Numbered from the stretch's first letter, positions 28,161 through 38,461 are shown. The stretch: DNA of 64,000 nt from Candidatus Aminicenantes bacterium (GCA_963743205.1 CAVUOW010000004.1:530908-594907), one strand, 5' to 3'. The notes: a model not told the origin generated them from the sequence alone. Numbers and translations are program-made.

Positions 28161-29426
28161 ATGGATCCGGCACATATTGAAAATGCGTATCTTCTGGCTC
28201 GGGACCGCTATGCCGAGAAGGGTATCGACGCGGAGCAAGCTCTGGGGCGTCTGCAAGCGATCTCCCTATCGCTCCATTGCTGGCAAGGCGACGACGTGGG
28301 CGGCTTCGAAAAGCAAGCCGGCAGCCTGGCCGGGAGCGGCCTGCAGGTCACCGGAGCTTACCCCGGCAAGGCCCGCTCGATCGAGGAGCTCCGGTCCGAC
28401 CTCGAGCAGGCGTTCGCCCTCATCCCCGGCCGTCACCGGGTCAACCTGCACGCCATGTATGGCGAATTCGGCGACCAGCCCGTCGACCGTAATGCCATCG
28501 AGCCCGAGCATTTCCGGGGCTGGTTGGAATGGGCACGCCACCACGGCCTGAAGATCGATTTTAACGCCACCTGTTTCGCCCACCCCAAGGCCTCCTCCGG
28601 ATACACGCTCAGCAGCCGCGAGAACGGCACCCGCAAATTCTGGATCGAGCACGTCAAGTGCTGCCGCCGGGTGGCCGCCTCGATCGGCCGGGAGCAGCAG
28701 TCCACCTGCCTTCACAATCTCTGGATCCCCGACGGATCGAAGGACATCCCGACGGACCGTTGGGGAGCCCGGGCCGCCCTCCTCAAGTCCCTCGATGAGA
28801 TCTTCGAAGTGGAGTACAGCCCGCAGCAGATCAAGGACTCGCTCGAGAGCAAGCTCTTCGGCATCGGCAGCGAATCCTTCGTCGTCGGCTCGCATGAGTT
28901 CTACATGGGGTACGCGCTCACGCGGGGCAAGATCATCTGCCTCGATCTGGGGCATTTCCACCCGACGGAGTCCGTGGCCGACAAGATCTCGGCCATCCTC
29001 CCCTTCTCGGGCGAGATCCTCCTCCACATCAGCCGCGGGGTCCGCTGGGACAGCGACCACATCGTCCTGCTCAACGACGAGGTCCGCGAGGTGGCCGCCG
29101 AGATCGTCCGCAGCCAGGCCCTCGACCGCATCCACATCGCCCTCGACTACTTCGACGCCAGCGTAAACAGGATCGGCGCCTGGGTGCTCGGGGCCAGGTC
29201 CGTGCTCAAGGGACTCCTCCTCGCCTTGCTCGAGCCCCAAGGCAAGCTCCGGGAGCTCGACCCGGCGTCGAAGGCCCTGCAGCGGCTGTCCCTCCTCGAA
29301 GAGCTCAAGACCCTGCCCTTCGGTCCGGTCTGGGACGCCTATTGCCTCCGGAACTCGGCCCCGCCCGGCGAGGACTGGTTACGGGAGGTCGAAGCCTACG
29401 AACGCCGCGTCCTCAGCCGCCGCTGA
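28161..29426 (+). CDS. rhaA: L-rhamnose isomerase
   Basis: Collinear with E. coli RhaA over its whole length (…LHCWQGDDVGGFE…NLHAMYGEFGDQPVDRNAIEPEHFRGWLEWA…KLFGIGSESFVVGSHEFYMGYA…CLDLGHFHPTE…VRWDSDHIVLL…YERRVLSRR). ATG 28161 with GAGGAGG RBS preferred over the track start at 28134. Confidence 0.9.
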   Translation: MDPAHIENAYLLARDRYAEKGIDAEQALGRLQAISLSLHCWQGDDVGGFEKQAGSLAGSGLQVTGAYPGKARSIEELRSDLEQAFALIPGRHRVNLHAMYGEFGDQPVDRNAIEPEHFRGWLEWARHHGLKIDFNATCFAHPKASSGYTLSSRENGTRKFWIEHVKCCRRVAASIGREQQSTCLHNLWIPDGSKDIPTDRWGARAALLKSLDEIFEVEYSPQQIKDSLESKLFGIGSESFVVGSHEFYMGYALTRGKIICLDLGHFHPTESVADKISAILPFSGEILLHISRGVRWDSDHIVLLNDEVREVAAEIVRSQALDRIHIALDYFDASVNRIGAWVLGARSVLKGLLLALLEPQGKLRELDPASKALQRLSLLEELKTLPFGPVWDAYCLRNSAPPGEDWLREVEAYERRVLSRR

Positions 29427-29550
29427 GACAGCCTCCCGGCCCCTCGGACCGCCCTTGTCCGCTCCGGCTCGCAGGGCCCGGTTGACGAACGCCCTGTTTT
29501 GACTACACTGATGGGGACAGGCTTCGGCCCTCAGCCGCGCCTCGACCGCC

Positions 29551-31416
29551 ATGACCAGCGTTCAGAAGATGCCGCCCGCCGGCTTGGATCAAGCCGACAC
29601 CTTCGACGCCGCGCGCATCGAAAAGGCCAAAGACCTGCTCCATTTCCTGGCCAACACCGTCTCGGCGATGAAGATCTTCCCGAGCGAGCACGCCACGGTG
29701 AAGAATTTTGTCGACCAGCTGACCCAGAAGTTCTCGGCGTTCCTGGGCGCTTACGAAAAGTTCCAGGTCGGCATCGAGGAATACTCGTTCACTTATGGAG
29801 GAAAGCCCGCCTTCACCGACGAGACCGCCATCAAGAGCCTGCCCTTCTTTTTCTTCAAGGACGGCCTGCAAATCCTCTTTTTCTATCATGGGTTGGACCG
29901 CCCGGAGATCGTGGAATTCCTCGAGTTGATCAAGTCCGAGACGCAGAAGGCGGCCGAGGACAGCGATATCGTCGTCGCGCTGTGGGAGCGCGACTTTCCC
30001 AACATCCAATACTACGCGCCGGACGAATTCCTGGAGAACCGGATCCTCGGCGAAATGCGCGACGCCCGGGCCACGCGGAATCTGCCGGACCTGCCCGAAG
30101 ACCTCGCCAGCGAGACGATCGAAGTGCGGGTCGACACCTCCAAGTTCACGGAGGGCCGGATCGACCTCGACCGCGAGGACCGCGGCGAGGTCGAAAAGGC
30201 CGCCGCCCGCCCGGACGAAGAGGACCTCCCTCCGGGTCCCGCGGCGGCGGAACCTGCGGCGGCCGCGGAGACCGATCCGAACGAGCGGGGCCAGGTCAGC
30301 CCGGCCGCGGCCATGGACCCCACCCTGACCGAGTCCGAGCTTCTTGCCCTCGAGACGATGGTCCGGGCCAACCGGACGATCTCGCCCGAGGAAGAGTACC
30401 TCAACCTGATGGTCGAGATCATCTACCTGGAAAAGAACATGGCCAACTGCCAGGCCACTCTCGACACGCTCCTGGAGTACCATTTCGACCGGCTCCAGAG
30501 CGGCCACTTCCACGTCGCCGTGCTCATCATCCAGAAGATCCATGAGCTCGGCCGGCATCTCGAGGGGAACGCGGCCAAGGTCGCTCTTCTCGACGACTTC
30601 CTCCGGCGCACGGTCAGCCCCAAGACCGTCGAGGCCGTCAAGACGCTTCTGGCCAAGAAGAAAGCCATGGATTGGGAGTCCCTTTTGGGGTTCTTCGAGC
30701 TGGTCGGTCCGCCGGCCTTGGGGCTCGCGAGCGATCTTTTCGAGATCGCGCCGGACGGCGAGGCCAAGCACAAGATCGTCGCCTTCATCGAAAGGACGGG
30801 CGGCCGCAATCCCGGGCTCGTCGCCGCGATGGCCGACAATGCCCGTCCGGAGCTGGCCCGCGAGATCCTCGGCATCCTGTCCCGCGTGCCCGATAACCGC
30901 GGCATCCCCCACCTCTCGGCGTTCGTGAATTTCCAGAACAAGGACATCAAATCCGAGACCATTCGTGTCTTGGCCCGCGCCCGGGACGAGATGGCCAACC
31001 GCATTCTGGCAGGATTCCTCAACGATCCCGATGAAGAGGTCCGGATCCAGGCGACCATGTCCCTCGACCCTGCAAAGGGCGGGGCTCGGGTCCAACAGAT
31101 CCTGCGCGAGGCTTCTTCACGGGAGTTCCAGGCGAAGAGCCTCAAAGAAAAGGAGGCCCTGCTCGCCTTCCTCGGCCGGACGCAGTCCCCGGAGGCCCTT
31201 GAGTTCCTCCGTCGGACGCTTCGCAAGGCTCCCTTGTTCGGGTCAAAGAGGCTTCTGGAGCTCCGCCTGGCCGCCGTCGCCGGCCTCGAGAGCCTGGGCA
31301 CCGAGGAGGCTCTGGACGCCCTTCAAAAGGGAGCGATCGGGCGCACGAAAAAAGTCCGGGAGGCGTGCGCGGCCGCGCTGGTCCGCCTGCCCCCCGCCGG
31401 GTCGGCGAAAGGCTAG
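29551..31416 (+). CDS. Protein with N-terminal DUF3391-like domain and C-terminal HEAT/PBS-lyase-type repeats
   Basis: N-terminal ~130 aa match the N-terminal domain of the downstream HD-GYP protein (VSAMKIFPSEH...LGAYEKFQVGIEEYSFTYGGKPAF...GLQILFFYHGLDRPEIVEFLELI). C-terminal half has tandem helical repeats (…EEVRIQATMSLD…, …ALDALQKGAIGRTKKVREACAAALVRL). Alternative ATG at 29569. Confidence 0.55.
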   Translation: MTSVQKMPPAGLDQADTFDAARIEKAKDLLHFLANTVSAMKIFPSEHATVKNFVDQLTQKFSAFLGAYEKFQVGIEEYSFTYGGKPAFTDETAIKSLPFFFFKDGLQILFFYHGLDRPEIVEFLELIKSETQKAAEDSDIVVALWERDFPNIQYYAPDEFLENRILGEMRDARATRNLPDLPEDLASETIEVRVDTSKFTEGRIDLDREDRGEVEKAAARPDEEDLPPGPAAAEPAAAAETDPNERGQVSPAAAMDPTLTESELLALETMVRANRTISPEEEYLNLMVEIIYLEKNMANCQATLDTLLEYHFDRLQSGHFHVAVLIIQKIHELGRHLEGNAAKVALLDDFLRRTVSPKTVEAVKTLLAKKKAMDWESLLGFFELVGPPALGLASDLFEIAPDGEAKHKIVAFIERTGGRNPGLVAAMADNARPELAREILGILSRVPDNRGIPHLSAFVNFQNKDIKSETIRVLARARDEMANRILAGFLNDPDEEVRIQATMSLDPAKGGARVQQILREASSREFQAKSLKEKEALLAFLGRTQSPEALEFLRRTLRKAPLFGSKRLLELRLAAVAGLESLGTEEALDALQKGAIGRTKKVREACAAALVRLPPAGSAKG

Positions 31417-31425
31417 AAAGACCGA

Positions 31426-32931
31426 ATGGACGAGAAGGACCTCACTCCGTCGGGGACCGAGACCCAAGGCCCGCGAACGTCCGGGGCCGAATCCAAGGCC
31501 TTCCAGAAGTCCGGCCTCGACCTGCTGACCCGGTTCCACATCGTCGACAAGGTCGCTAAGATCTACGACACGAAAAACGACGCCTTCCAGGAACGGGGCC
31601 GGTTGCTGTTCGAGGTCCTGGCGGCCGTTCTCAAGTCCGACGGAGAGGCCTCTCTCCGCGTCCGCCACGGTGTCCTGCTGTTCAACGGCGTCCGGCTCAA
31701 GTTCGGCGTCGGGACCTACGGCATGTTCAAGTCCGTGATCGAGGAGTTCCGCACCAGGAACGTCGAGGCCGTCACCTTCGTTCCCGGGATCACCCTGGAG
31801 GAGCTCTACGCCTTCATGTCCGTCTTCGCCAAGCGCGAGAAGAAGGACGAGGCTAGCTTCGCCCAGCTCGCCGCCGACCTCGACGCCGCCGCCGTGTCCC
31901 ACGTCGAGATCGAGAAAATGTCCGAGGAGGAGATCCCGCAAGGGCTCCATGAGAGCTCGGCCCGCCTCTTTTTTCTCAGCATCGTCCACCTCAAGGAATC
32001 GTTCGCCCGCGACCAGCGCAATGAGCCCATCAAGATCAGCACGACCCGGCGCCTGATGCAGTCGATCTACAACCACATCGTCGAGGACGAGGGCTTCGTC
32101 TACGGCTTGACCAACATCAAGAACCACGACGAATACACGCTCAACCACTCGGTCAACGTCTGTCTCCTGGCCACAGCCCTCGGCCGGCGCCTCGGATTGA
32201 GCCGGGCCGAGCTCGTGGACCTGGGCATGGCCGCCTTCTTCCACGACCTGGGCAAGACCGAGACGCCCTTGGAGATCCTGAACAAGCCCGGCCGCTTGAC
32301 CGACGACGAGCGCGACATCATGGAAATGCACCCCTTCCACGGCGCCGAGAAGCTCGCCCTGCTCAAGGAGTTCCGGCGCCTGCCGCTCCGGGCCATCCAC
32401 GTCGCCCTGGAGCACCACATCAAGGAGGATCTCTCCGGCTATCCGCGATATTTCAAGAAGGACGACGTCAATCTGTTCAGCAAGATCGTCAAGGTCGTCG
32501 ACGTCTTCGACGCCATCACCACGAAGAGGGTCTACCGGACCAAGGACTTCACCCGCGCCGAAGCCTTGAGCCTCATGCTCGAGCAGAGCGGCACGGAATT
32601 CAACTCCGTCATCCTCAAGGCCTTCGTCAACATGATGGGCGTCTTCCCCATCGGCACGCTCGTCGCCCTGACCACGGGCGAGATGGCCATCGTCCAGGAC
32701 CTCAATGCCGACCCCAAGCTCGTTCTCCGGCCGTCGGTCAAGCTCATCACCGACCCGGCGGGCGCCAAGATCGACGGCGAGATCGTCGACCTCGCCGAGC
32801 GGGATGCCGCATCGGGCCGTTTCCGCCGGACGATCGCCACCGCCCTCGACCCGTCCAAGTACGGCATCGAGGTCGCCGACTACTTCCTGGCCCAGGCCGC
32901 CTCCGCGGTGCGGCCCGGGGGTTCGACATGA
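31426..32931 (+). CDS. HD-GYP domain c-di-GMP phosphodiesterase with N-terminal DUF3391-like domain
   Basis: HD motif (NHSVNVCLLA...FFHDLGK) and HHExxDxSGYP motif (EHHIKEDLSGYPRYF). N-terminal 180 aa sensor-like domain. Stop overlaps the next gene (ATGA). Confidence 0.8.
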   Translation: MDEKDLTPSGTETQGPRTSGAESKAFQKSGLDLLTRFHIVDKVAKIYDTKNDAFQERGRLLFEVLAAVLKSDGEASLRVRHGVLLFNGVRLKFGVGTYGMFKSVIEEFRTRNVEAVTFVPGITLEELYAFMSVFAKREKKDEASFAQLAADLDAAAVSHVEIEKMSEEEIPQGLHESSARLFFLSIVHLKESFARDQRNEPIKISTTRRLMQSIYNHIVEDEGFVYGLTNIKNHDEYTLNHSVNVCLLATALGRRLGLSRAELVDLGMAAFFHDLGKTETPLEILNKPGRLTDDERDIMEMHPFHGAEKLALLKEFRRLPLRAIHVALEHHIKEDLSGYPRYFKKDDVNLFSKIVKVVDVFDAITTKRVYRTKDFTRAEALSLMLEQSGTEFNSVILKAFVNMMGVFPIGTLVALTTGEMAIVQDLNADPKLVLRPSVKLITDPAGAKIDGEIVDLAERDAASGRFRRTIATALDPSKYGIEVADYFLAQAASAVRPGGST

Positions 32932-35630
32932 TGCCGTGTCCGCCCGTCCGCCTGCGTTGTGGATACCTCGCCGAGCCGATCGGCGTCGATTCCCCGAGCC
33001 CGCGGCTCGCCTGGGTCGTCGAGAGCCCCGTCCGGGGTGACAGCCCAAAGGCCTATCAGGTCCTCGTTTCGTCCTCCCCCGAGCTCCTCCGGAGCGATAT
33101 CGGCGACCTCTGGGACACGGGCCGGACCGAAGGCGGCAGTTTCGTTTCGCTCGAGTACGCGGGGGAGCCGCTCTCGAGCTGCGCCCGCTACGTCTGGAAA
33201 GTCCGCTGGTGGGACCACGAGGCCCAGGTCAGCCCCTGGAGCGAGACGGCCTCCTTTGTGACAGGCTTTCTGAATCCCGGCGAATGGAACGCCAAATGGA
33301 TCGGCCCCCGCCACGTGAGCGAGTTTCGGTCCAAGGGCACCGTCCTTCTCGGCCACCCCGGCGCCGACGACACGCAGGCCTGCGCGGTCTACCTCCGCCG
33401 TGAATTCGGGCTCAAAGACCGGGCCGCTCTGGCCATGATCTTCATCTCCGGTCTCGGCCATTACGAGCTCCGCCTGAACGGGGAAAAGGTCGGGACGAGC
33501 GTCCTCGATCCCGGCTGGACGGATTACCGGAAGAAAGCCCTCTATGCTTCCCACGACGTGACCCGGCTCGTCCGCGACCGGAACGCGGTCGGCGTCATCC
33601 TCGGCAACGGCCGCCACATCAAGAGCTACGGCTACGACGGGCCCAAGCTCGCCTGCCGCATCGAGGTCGAGTACGAAAGCGGCGAGCGGGAGATCCTCTT
33701 TGCCGACGAGAGCTGGCGGACATCGGACGGCCCTCTCCAGGAAAACGGCCTCTACTACGGCGAGCGCTATGACGCCCGCATCCTCATCGACGGCTGGGAC
33801 CAGCCGGGCTTCGACGACAGGACCTGGGCCAAAGCCGTCCAGGTCACCGGCTGCCCGCTCGCCTCTCAGATGATGCCTCCCGTCCGCGTCGTCGAAAGCC
33901 TGCCCCCGCGCTCGGTCCGGCGACTTCCCTCGGGATCCTCGATCGTCGATTTCGGTCAGAATTTTTCCGGCTGGACCCGATTGAAGGTCGAAGGCCCGAT
34001 GGGCACGGAAGTGCGCCTCCGCCACGCCGAGCTCCTCAACGACGACGGGACGCTCAACCTCGGCCCCAACGAAAATGCCGAGGCCACCGACGTCTATATC
34101 CTCCGCGGCGGGGGACCCGAGGTCCACGAGCCGCGGTTCACCTATCACGGTTTCCGCTACGTCGAGATCGCCGGCTACCCCGGCGAACCCGGTCCCGACG
34201 CCCTCGAAGGCCGGTTCGTCCACTCGGACGTCGGGCGCGCGGGCGAATTCCATTCCTCGAACGAGCTGATCGACCGAATCCATCGGAACGTCATATGGGG
34301 ACAGCTCTCGAACCTTATGAGCATCCCTACAGATTGTCCTCAACGCGACGAGCGCCACGGCTGGCTCGGCGATGCCCACCTTTCGGCCGAAGAGGCCGTG
34401 TTCAACTTCGATATGGCCGCCTTCTATGCCAAGTTCCTCGACGATATCCGCCTCGCTCAAAAGGAGGACGGCAGCCTTCCCGATGTCGCCCCGGCCTATC
34501 TCCCCCGGCTCTACCCGGCCGATCCCGCCTGGAGCTCGGCCTACGCGACGCTCGTCGAGCTCCTCTGGGACCATTATGGCGACCGCCGGGTCATCAACGT
34601 CCATTACGGGAACCTCAAGAGGTACATCGATTTCCTCGGCCGGAACGCCGACGGCAACATCATCCGCGCGCTCGGCAAGTACGGAGACTGGTGCCCGCCC
34701 GGCGGCATCGTGCCCAAAAAAACGCCGGTGGACCTGACCTCGACCTGGTACTACTACCACGACGTCCTCATCCTTGCCCGCCTGGCTTCCGTCATCGGCC
34801 GCGGCGAGGAGGCCCAGCAGTATGGCCGGCTGGCCGAATCGATCAAAGCCTCTTTCAACGCGGCCTACCTCGGCGAGACGCAGTACGCGGCGATCCGGGT
34901 CAGCTCCGTGGACACCTATCCCAACCAGACCTCCAACGTCCTGCCCCTCTATCTGAACATGGTCCCCGCCGGCCGGAAGGACAAAGTCGTGGCCAGCCTC
35001 GTCCAAAGCGTCGTCCGTCAGCAGGATTACCACGTCGATACCGGCATCCTGGGGACCCGTTACCTCCTTGACGTTCTGACCGCCAACGGCCAGGAGGAGA
35101 CGGCCTGGCGCGTGGCGACCCAGAAGAGCTATCCCGGCTGGGGCTACATGCTCGCCGAAGACGCCACGACTCTTTGGGAACGTTGGGAAAAGCTGACCGG
35201 GCCGGCCATGAACTCCCAGAACCATATCATGCTCGGCAGCATCGACGCCTGGTTCTACCGGGTCCTCGCCGGGCTCTCGCCCCTGCTTCCGGGATGGAAG
35301 GCCGTCCGCGTCCGACCGTACGCCCTGGGCGACCTGGCCTTTGTCGAGGCCGCCTTGGATACGGTCGCAGGCCGCGTCGCGGCGTCGTGGCGGAGGTCCG
35401 ACGAGGCGTTCTCCCTCGAGATCACGATCCCCGTCGGCGCCACAGGCGAGATCCACGTCCCGCTGCTCTGGCCGGGGGCCCGGATCGTCGAATCGGGGAA
35501 GGTTTTGTGGCGGGCCGGTCACGCGATCGATACCGTCCCCGGGATCGAACTTGCCGGCGACGACGCGGATCGCGCCGTCTTCAAGGTCGGGAGCGGCGCC
35601 TACGCCTTCGAGCTGAAGAAAACCGCTTGA
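32928..35630 (+). CDS. Alpha-L-rhamnosidase (glycoside hydrolase family 78)
   Basis: 900-aa intact ORF with GH78 N-terminal domain, (alpha/alpha)6 catalytic domain (…SIPTDCPQRDERHGWLGDA…) and C-terminal beta-sandwich. Confidence 0.85.
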   Translation: MMPCPPVRLRCGYLAEPIGVDSPSPRLAWVVESPVRGDSPKAYQVLVSSSPELLRSDIGDLWDTGRTEGGSFVSLEYAGEPLSSCARYVWKVRWWDHEAQVSPWSETASFVTGFLNPGEWNAKWIGPRHVSEFRSKGTVLLGHPGADDTQACAVYLRREFGLKDRAALAMIFISGLGHYELRLNGEKVGTSVLDPGWTDYRKKALYASHDVTRLVRDRNAVGVILGNGRHIKSYGYDGPKLACRIEVEYESGEREILFADESWRTSDGPLQENGLYYGERYDARILIDGWDQPGFDDRTWAKAVQVTGCPLASQMMPPVRVVESLPPRSVRRLPSGSSIVDFGQNFSGWTRLKVEGPMGTEVRLRHAELLNDDGTLNLGPNENAEATDVYILRGGGPEVHEPRFTYHGFRYVEIAGYPGEPGPDALEGRFVHSDVGRAGEFHSSNELIDRIHRNVIWGQLSNLMSIPTDCPQRDERHGWLGDAHLSAEEAVFNFDMAAFYAKFLDDIRLAQKEDGSLPDVAPAYLPRLYPADPAWSSAYATLVELLWDHYGDRRVINVHYGNLKRYIDFLGRNADGNIIRALGKYGDWCPPGGIVPKKTPVDLTSTWYYYHDVLILARLASVIGRGEEAQQYGRLAESIKASFNAAYLGETQYAAIRVSSVDTYPNQTSNVLPLYLNMVPAGRKDKVVASLVQSVVRQQDYHVDTGILGTRYLLDVLTANGQEETAWRVATQKSYPGWGYMLAEDATTLWERWEKLTGPAMNSQNHIMLGSIDAWFYRVLAGLSPLLPGWKAVRVRPYALGDLAFVEAALDTVAGRVAASWRRSDEAFSLEITIPVGATGEIHVPLLWPGARIVESGKVLWRAGHAIDTVPGIELAGDDADRAVFKVGSGAYAFELKKTA

Positions 35631-35648
35631 TCCCGGCGAGCCAGTCCG

Positions 35649-37049
35649 TCAATCCAGATATTTTTTGAACAGCCGGGCGGCTTCGGCATAAGCCGAGATC
35701 GTGGCCGCGATCTCCTTAGCGCCGTGGGCCGACGAGACCGCCCCGCCGCCGTGGACGACGTTGACGCCGTTGACGAGGAGGGCCAGCTTCAGCAGATCTT
35801 CCCGCATGGGGAGGTCCGAACGGCGGGGATCGTGGATATCTTCGGGGCGGTCGTATGCGACGTCCGCTGTGCGCGGAAAATGGACCATGAATAGAGAGCT
35901 GCCGCTAACGACGTCGTTCCCGTCGCCCGTGCAGCGGACCCGGATCCCCTCCGCGGCGAACACGCGCTCGATCTCCCGCCGGAGCCTCTCCCCCGACCGG
36001 GCGATCTTCGGATAGACCGTCGCCGCGTGATCGGCCAGATAGCCGAGCATGATCAACCCGGCCTTCATGTACTCCGAGTGGGCGGAGAAAGTGCCCCCCT
36101 CGAAATAGACGCGGTCGCCTCCGCCCCGGCCGTGCTCGCACTCTTCCATGATCTCGCGCGGCCCGATGACCGCGGCCACGGCGTGGCCGCCGCCGATGAT
36201 CTTGCCGAGCGTCGTCAAGTCCGGGCGGACGCCGTAAAGGGTCTGGACCCCGCCCGGACAGAAGCGGAATCCCGAGATGATCTCGTCGAAGACGAGCAGG
36301 ATGCCGTGTTTCGCAGTCAGCCGGCGGGCCCGCTCGAGGTACTCCTGCGAAGCCGCGAGGAAGCCGCCGACCCCGAGGAACGGCTCGACGATGAAGCAGG
36401 CGATGCGGTCACCGTGCTCCGCGATGACCCTCTCCAGGTCCGCGACATCGTTGAACCGGGTGACCAGTGTGCGCCGGACGATCTCGTCGAGGAGCCCGGC
36501 GGATTCCCGGCCTTCGAATCCGTCATCGGCATGGAATTTGACGCCCTTGAGCAGGTACGGGGACGCGCCGTGCCAGCCGCCGCCGACCTTCAGGACGTGG
36601 TCCCGCCCCGTCAGCCCCTGGGCCATCATGACGGCGTACATCGTGGCCAGAGTCCCCGAGGTCGTGAAGCGGACCTTGGCCTCGCGACCGCCAAGCCCCT
36701 GGACGAGGGCCTCGGCGAGCTCGATCTGATGGCCGGCCTCGAAGCCGGTGTGCAAGGCGCCGCGCTCGAGGCAGGCCGCGATCCGGCTGCGGATAAGCCG
36801 CGGATTGTGGCCGAGGATGTTGGCGTAGTGGCCCTGCCAATAATCGATATAGGTATTGCCGTCGACGTCCCGGACCGACGGGCCTTCGGCCGCCGCGGCG
36901 AAAAAGGGATAGGGGCGCCACAGCCGGATGGTGTGGCTTCCGCCGGCGATCATGACCTTTTCCGCCCGCCGGAAGATCGTCCGGCTCCGGTCCGTCTTCT
37001 TCTCGTACTCCCGGACCAGATGGCCCCGGAGCCTGTCGAATCCTGTCAT
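35649..37049 (-). CDS. Aminotransferase class III (glutamate-1-semialdehyde 2,1-aminomutase-like)
   Basis: Class III PLP fold including LVFDEIISGFR and the PLP-lysine region (TTLGKIIGGG). Start chosen at MTGFDRL (11th codon of the track ORF). Confidence 0.7.
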   Translation of the reverse strand: MTGFDRLRGHLVREYEKKTDRSRTIFRRAEKVMIAGGSHTIRLWRPYPFFAAAAEGPSVRDVDGNTYIDYWQGHYANILGHNPRLIRSRIAACLERGALHTGFEAGHQIELAEALVQGLGGREAKVRFTTSGTLATMYAVMMAQGLTGRDHVLKVGGGWHGASPYLLKGVKFHADDGFEGRESAGLLDEIVRRTLVTRFNDVADLERVIAEHGDRIACFIVEPFLGVGGFLAASQEYLERARRLTAKHGILLVFDEIISGFRFCPGGVQTLYGVRPDLTTLGKIIGGGHAVAAVIGPREIMEECEHGRGGGDRVYFEGGTFSAHSEYMKAGLIMLGYLADHAATVYPKIARSGERLRREIERVFAAEGIRVRCTGDGNDVVSGSSLFMVHFPRTADVAYDRPEDIHDPRRSDLPMREDLLKLALLVNGVNVVHGGGAVSSAHGAKEIAATISAYAEAARLFKKYLD

Positions 37050-37168
37050 GGGTCCTCTTTTTCGAGTGTCATTTAACAACTGCCGGGGGGCAAAGTCAAA
37101 TCGAAACCAGTTGACCGGCCCCGTAACTTGCGGTAAAATAGATAATTCCGGTACGAAAAGAACCTATT

Positions 37169-38461
37169 ATGGCCGCCTTGAAGAGCAAAAAGACGAATCG
37201 GGCCTGCGTCATCGGCCTCGACGGCGTGCCCTATGGCATGATCGTCGAGCTAGCCCGCCGCGGGGTCATGTCGACCATGGCCCGGCTCATGGACATCGGC
37301 AAGATCCACCAGATGCAGGCCAGCCTGCCCGAGATCTCGTCGGTCTCCTGGACGGATTTCATGACCGGCACCAACGCGGGCACGCACGGCATTTTCGGAT
37401 TCACCGATTTCAAGCCCAAGTCCTACGCGGTGCGCTACCCGAATTTCCTCGACGTCAAAGCCCCGACCATCTGGGACAAGCTCGGCGCGAAGGGCAAGAA
37501 GAGCGTTATCATCAATCAGCCCTCGACCTATCCGGCGCGGAAGATCGAAGGCGTCCTCATCTCGGGCTTCGTCGCTCTCGAGCTGGCCAAGGCGGTCTGG
37601 CCCATGTCCTACCGGGCGGCCCTGGAGCAGATGGGTTACCAGATCGACGTCGACATCCTCAAGTGCCGCGAGAGCCCGGAGATCCTCTGGCAGGAACTCA
37701 GCAAGACCATGGCCGGCGGCCAGAAGGCCCTGAACTACTTTTGGGAGGAAGGCTGGGACTACTTCGAGTACGTCGTCACGGGCACCGACCGGCTCCATCA
37801 CTTTCTCTGGCAGGCGTATGAGGACGTCAATCACCCCTCGCACCAGAGTTTCCTCGATTTCTACAGGCACATCGACCGGCTCATCGGCAAGATCGTCTCC
37901 GCCTACCACAAGCTGACGAACACCTACGCCGGGTTCTACATCCTGTCCGACCACGGCTTCACGGGCATCCAGCAGGAAGTCTATCTCAACGCTTGGCTCG
38001 AGAAGAACGGCTACCTGAGGTTCATCAAGTCCGAGCCGGAAAGCCTCGAGGATATCCATGGCCGGTCCCGGGCTTTCGCCCTCGATCCCAACCGGATCTA
38101 CCTCAATTATAAAAACAAGTTCCCCAAAGGCTCCGTCGAGCGCTCGGCACGACGGGCGCTCAAGCAGGACATCGCGTCCAAACTGGCCAAGCTCGAATAC
38201 CAGGGACGCCGGGTCGTTCACAAGGTCTTCATGGCCGAGAACGTCTATTCCGGGCCTCTGGCCTCCAAAGGCCCGGACCTTATCGTCGTCGCCGAGCCGG
38301 GCTTCGATATGAAGGGTTCGGTCAGGAAAAAAGACATCTTCGGGAGGTCCGGGCTCCAGGGCATGCACACCTGGAACGACGCGTTCTTTTGGGCCTCGGA
38401 GGACCTCGGCGACAACCTCAAGATCGCCGATGTCGCGCCGGTCATCCTAAAGAACTACTGA
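37169..38461 (+). CDS. Alkaline-phosphatase-superfamily protein (type I phosphodiesterase/nucleotide pyrophosphatase family), paralog 1, cytoplasmic
   Basis: GLDG metal-binding start (VIGLDGVPYG), nucleophile-region SSVSWTDFMTG, C-terminal SDHGF...H motifs. No signal peptide. Stop overlaps the next start (TGATG). Confidence 0.65.
   Translation: MAALKSKKTNRACVIGLDGVPYGMIVELARRGVMSTMARLMDIGKIHQMQASLPEISSVSWTDFMTGTNAGTHGIFGFTDFKPKSYAVRYPNFLDVKAPTIWDKLGAKGKKSVIINQPSTYPARKIEGVLISGFVALELAKAVWPMSYRAALEQMGYQIDVDILKCRESPEILWQELSKTMAGGQKALNYFWEEGWDYFEYVVTGTDRLHHFLWQAYEDVNHPSHQSFLDFYRHIDRLIGKIVSAYHKLTNTYAGFYILSDHGFTGIQQEVYLNAWLEKNGYLRFIKSEPESLEDIHGRSRAFALDPNRIYLNYKNKFPKGSVERSARRALKQDIASKLAKLEYQGRRVVHKVFMAENVYSGPLASKGPDLIVVAEPGFDMKGSVRKKDIFGRSGLQGMHTWNDAFFWASEDLGDNLKIADVAPVILKNY

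Noticed and set aside
26293-28173. 626-aa ORF on - strand
   Set aside because: Antisense to rhaB (FGGY kinase). No motifs.
32880-35522. 880-aa ORF on - strand
   Set aside because: Antisense to the GH78 rhamnosidase. Low-complexity Arg/Gly/Asp-rich, no domain signal.
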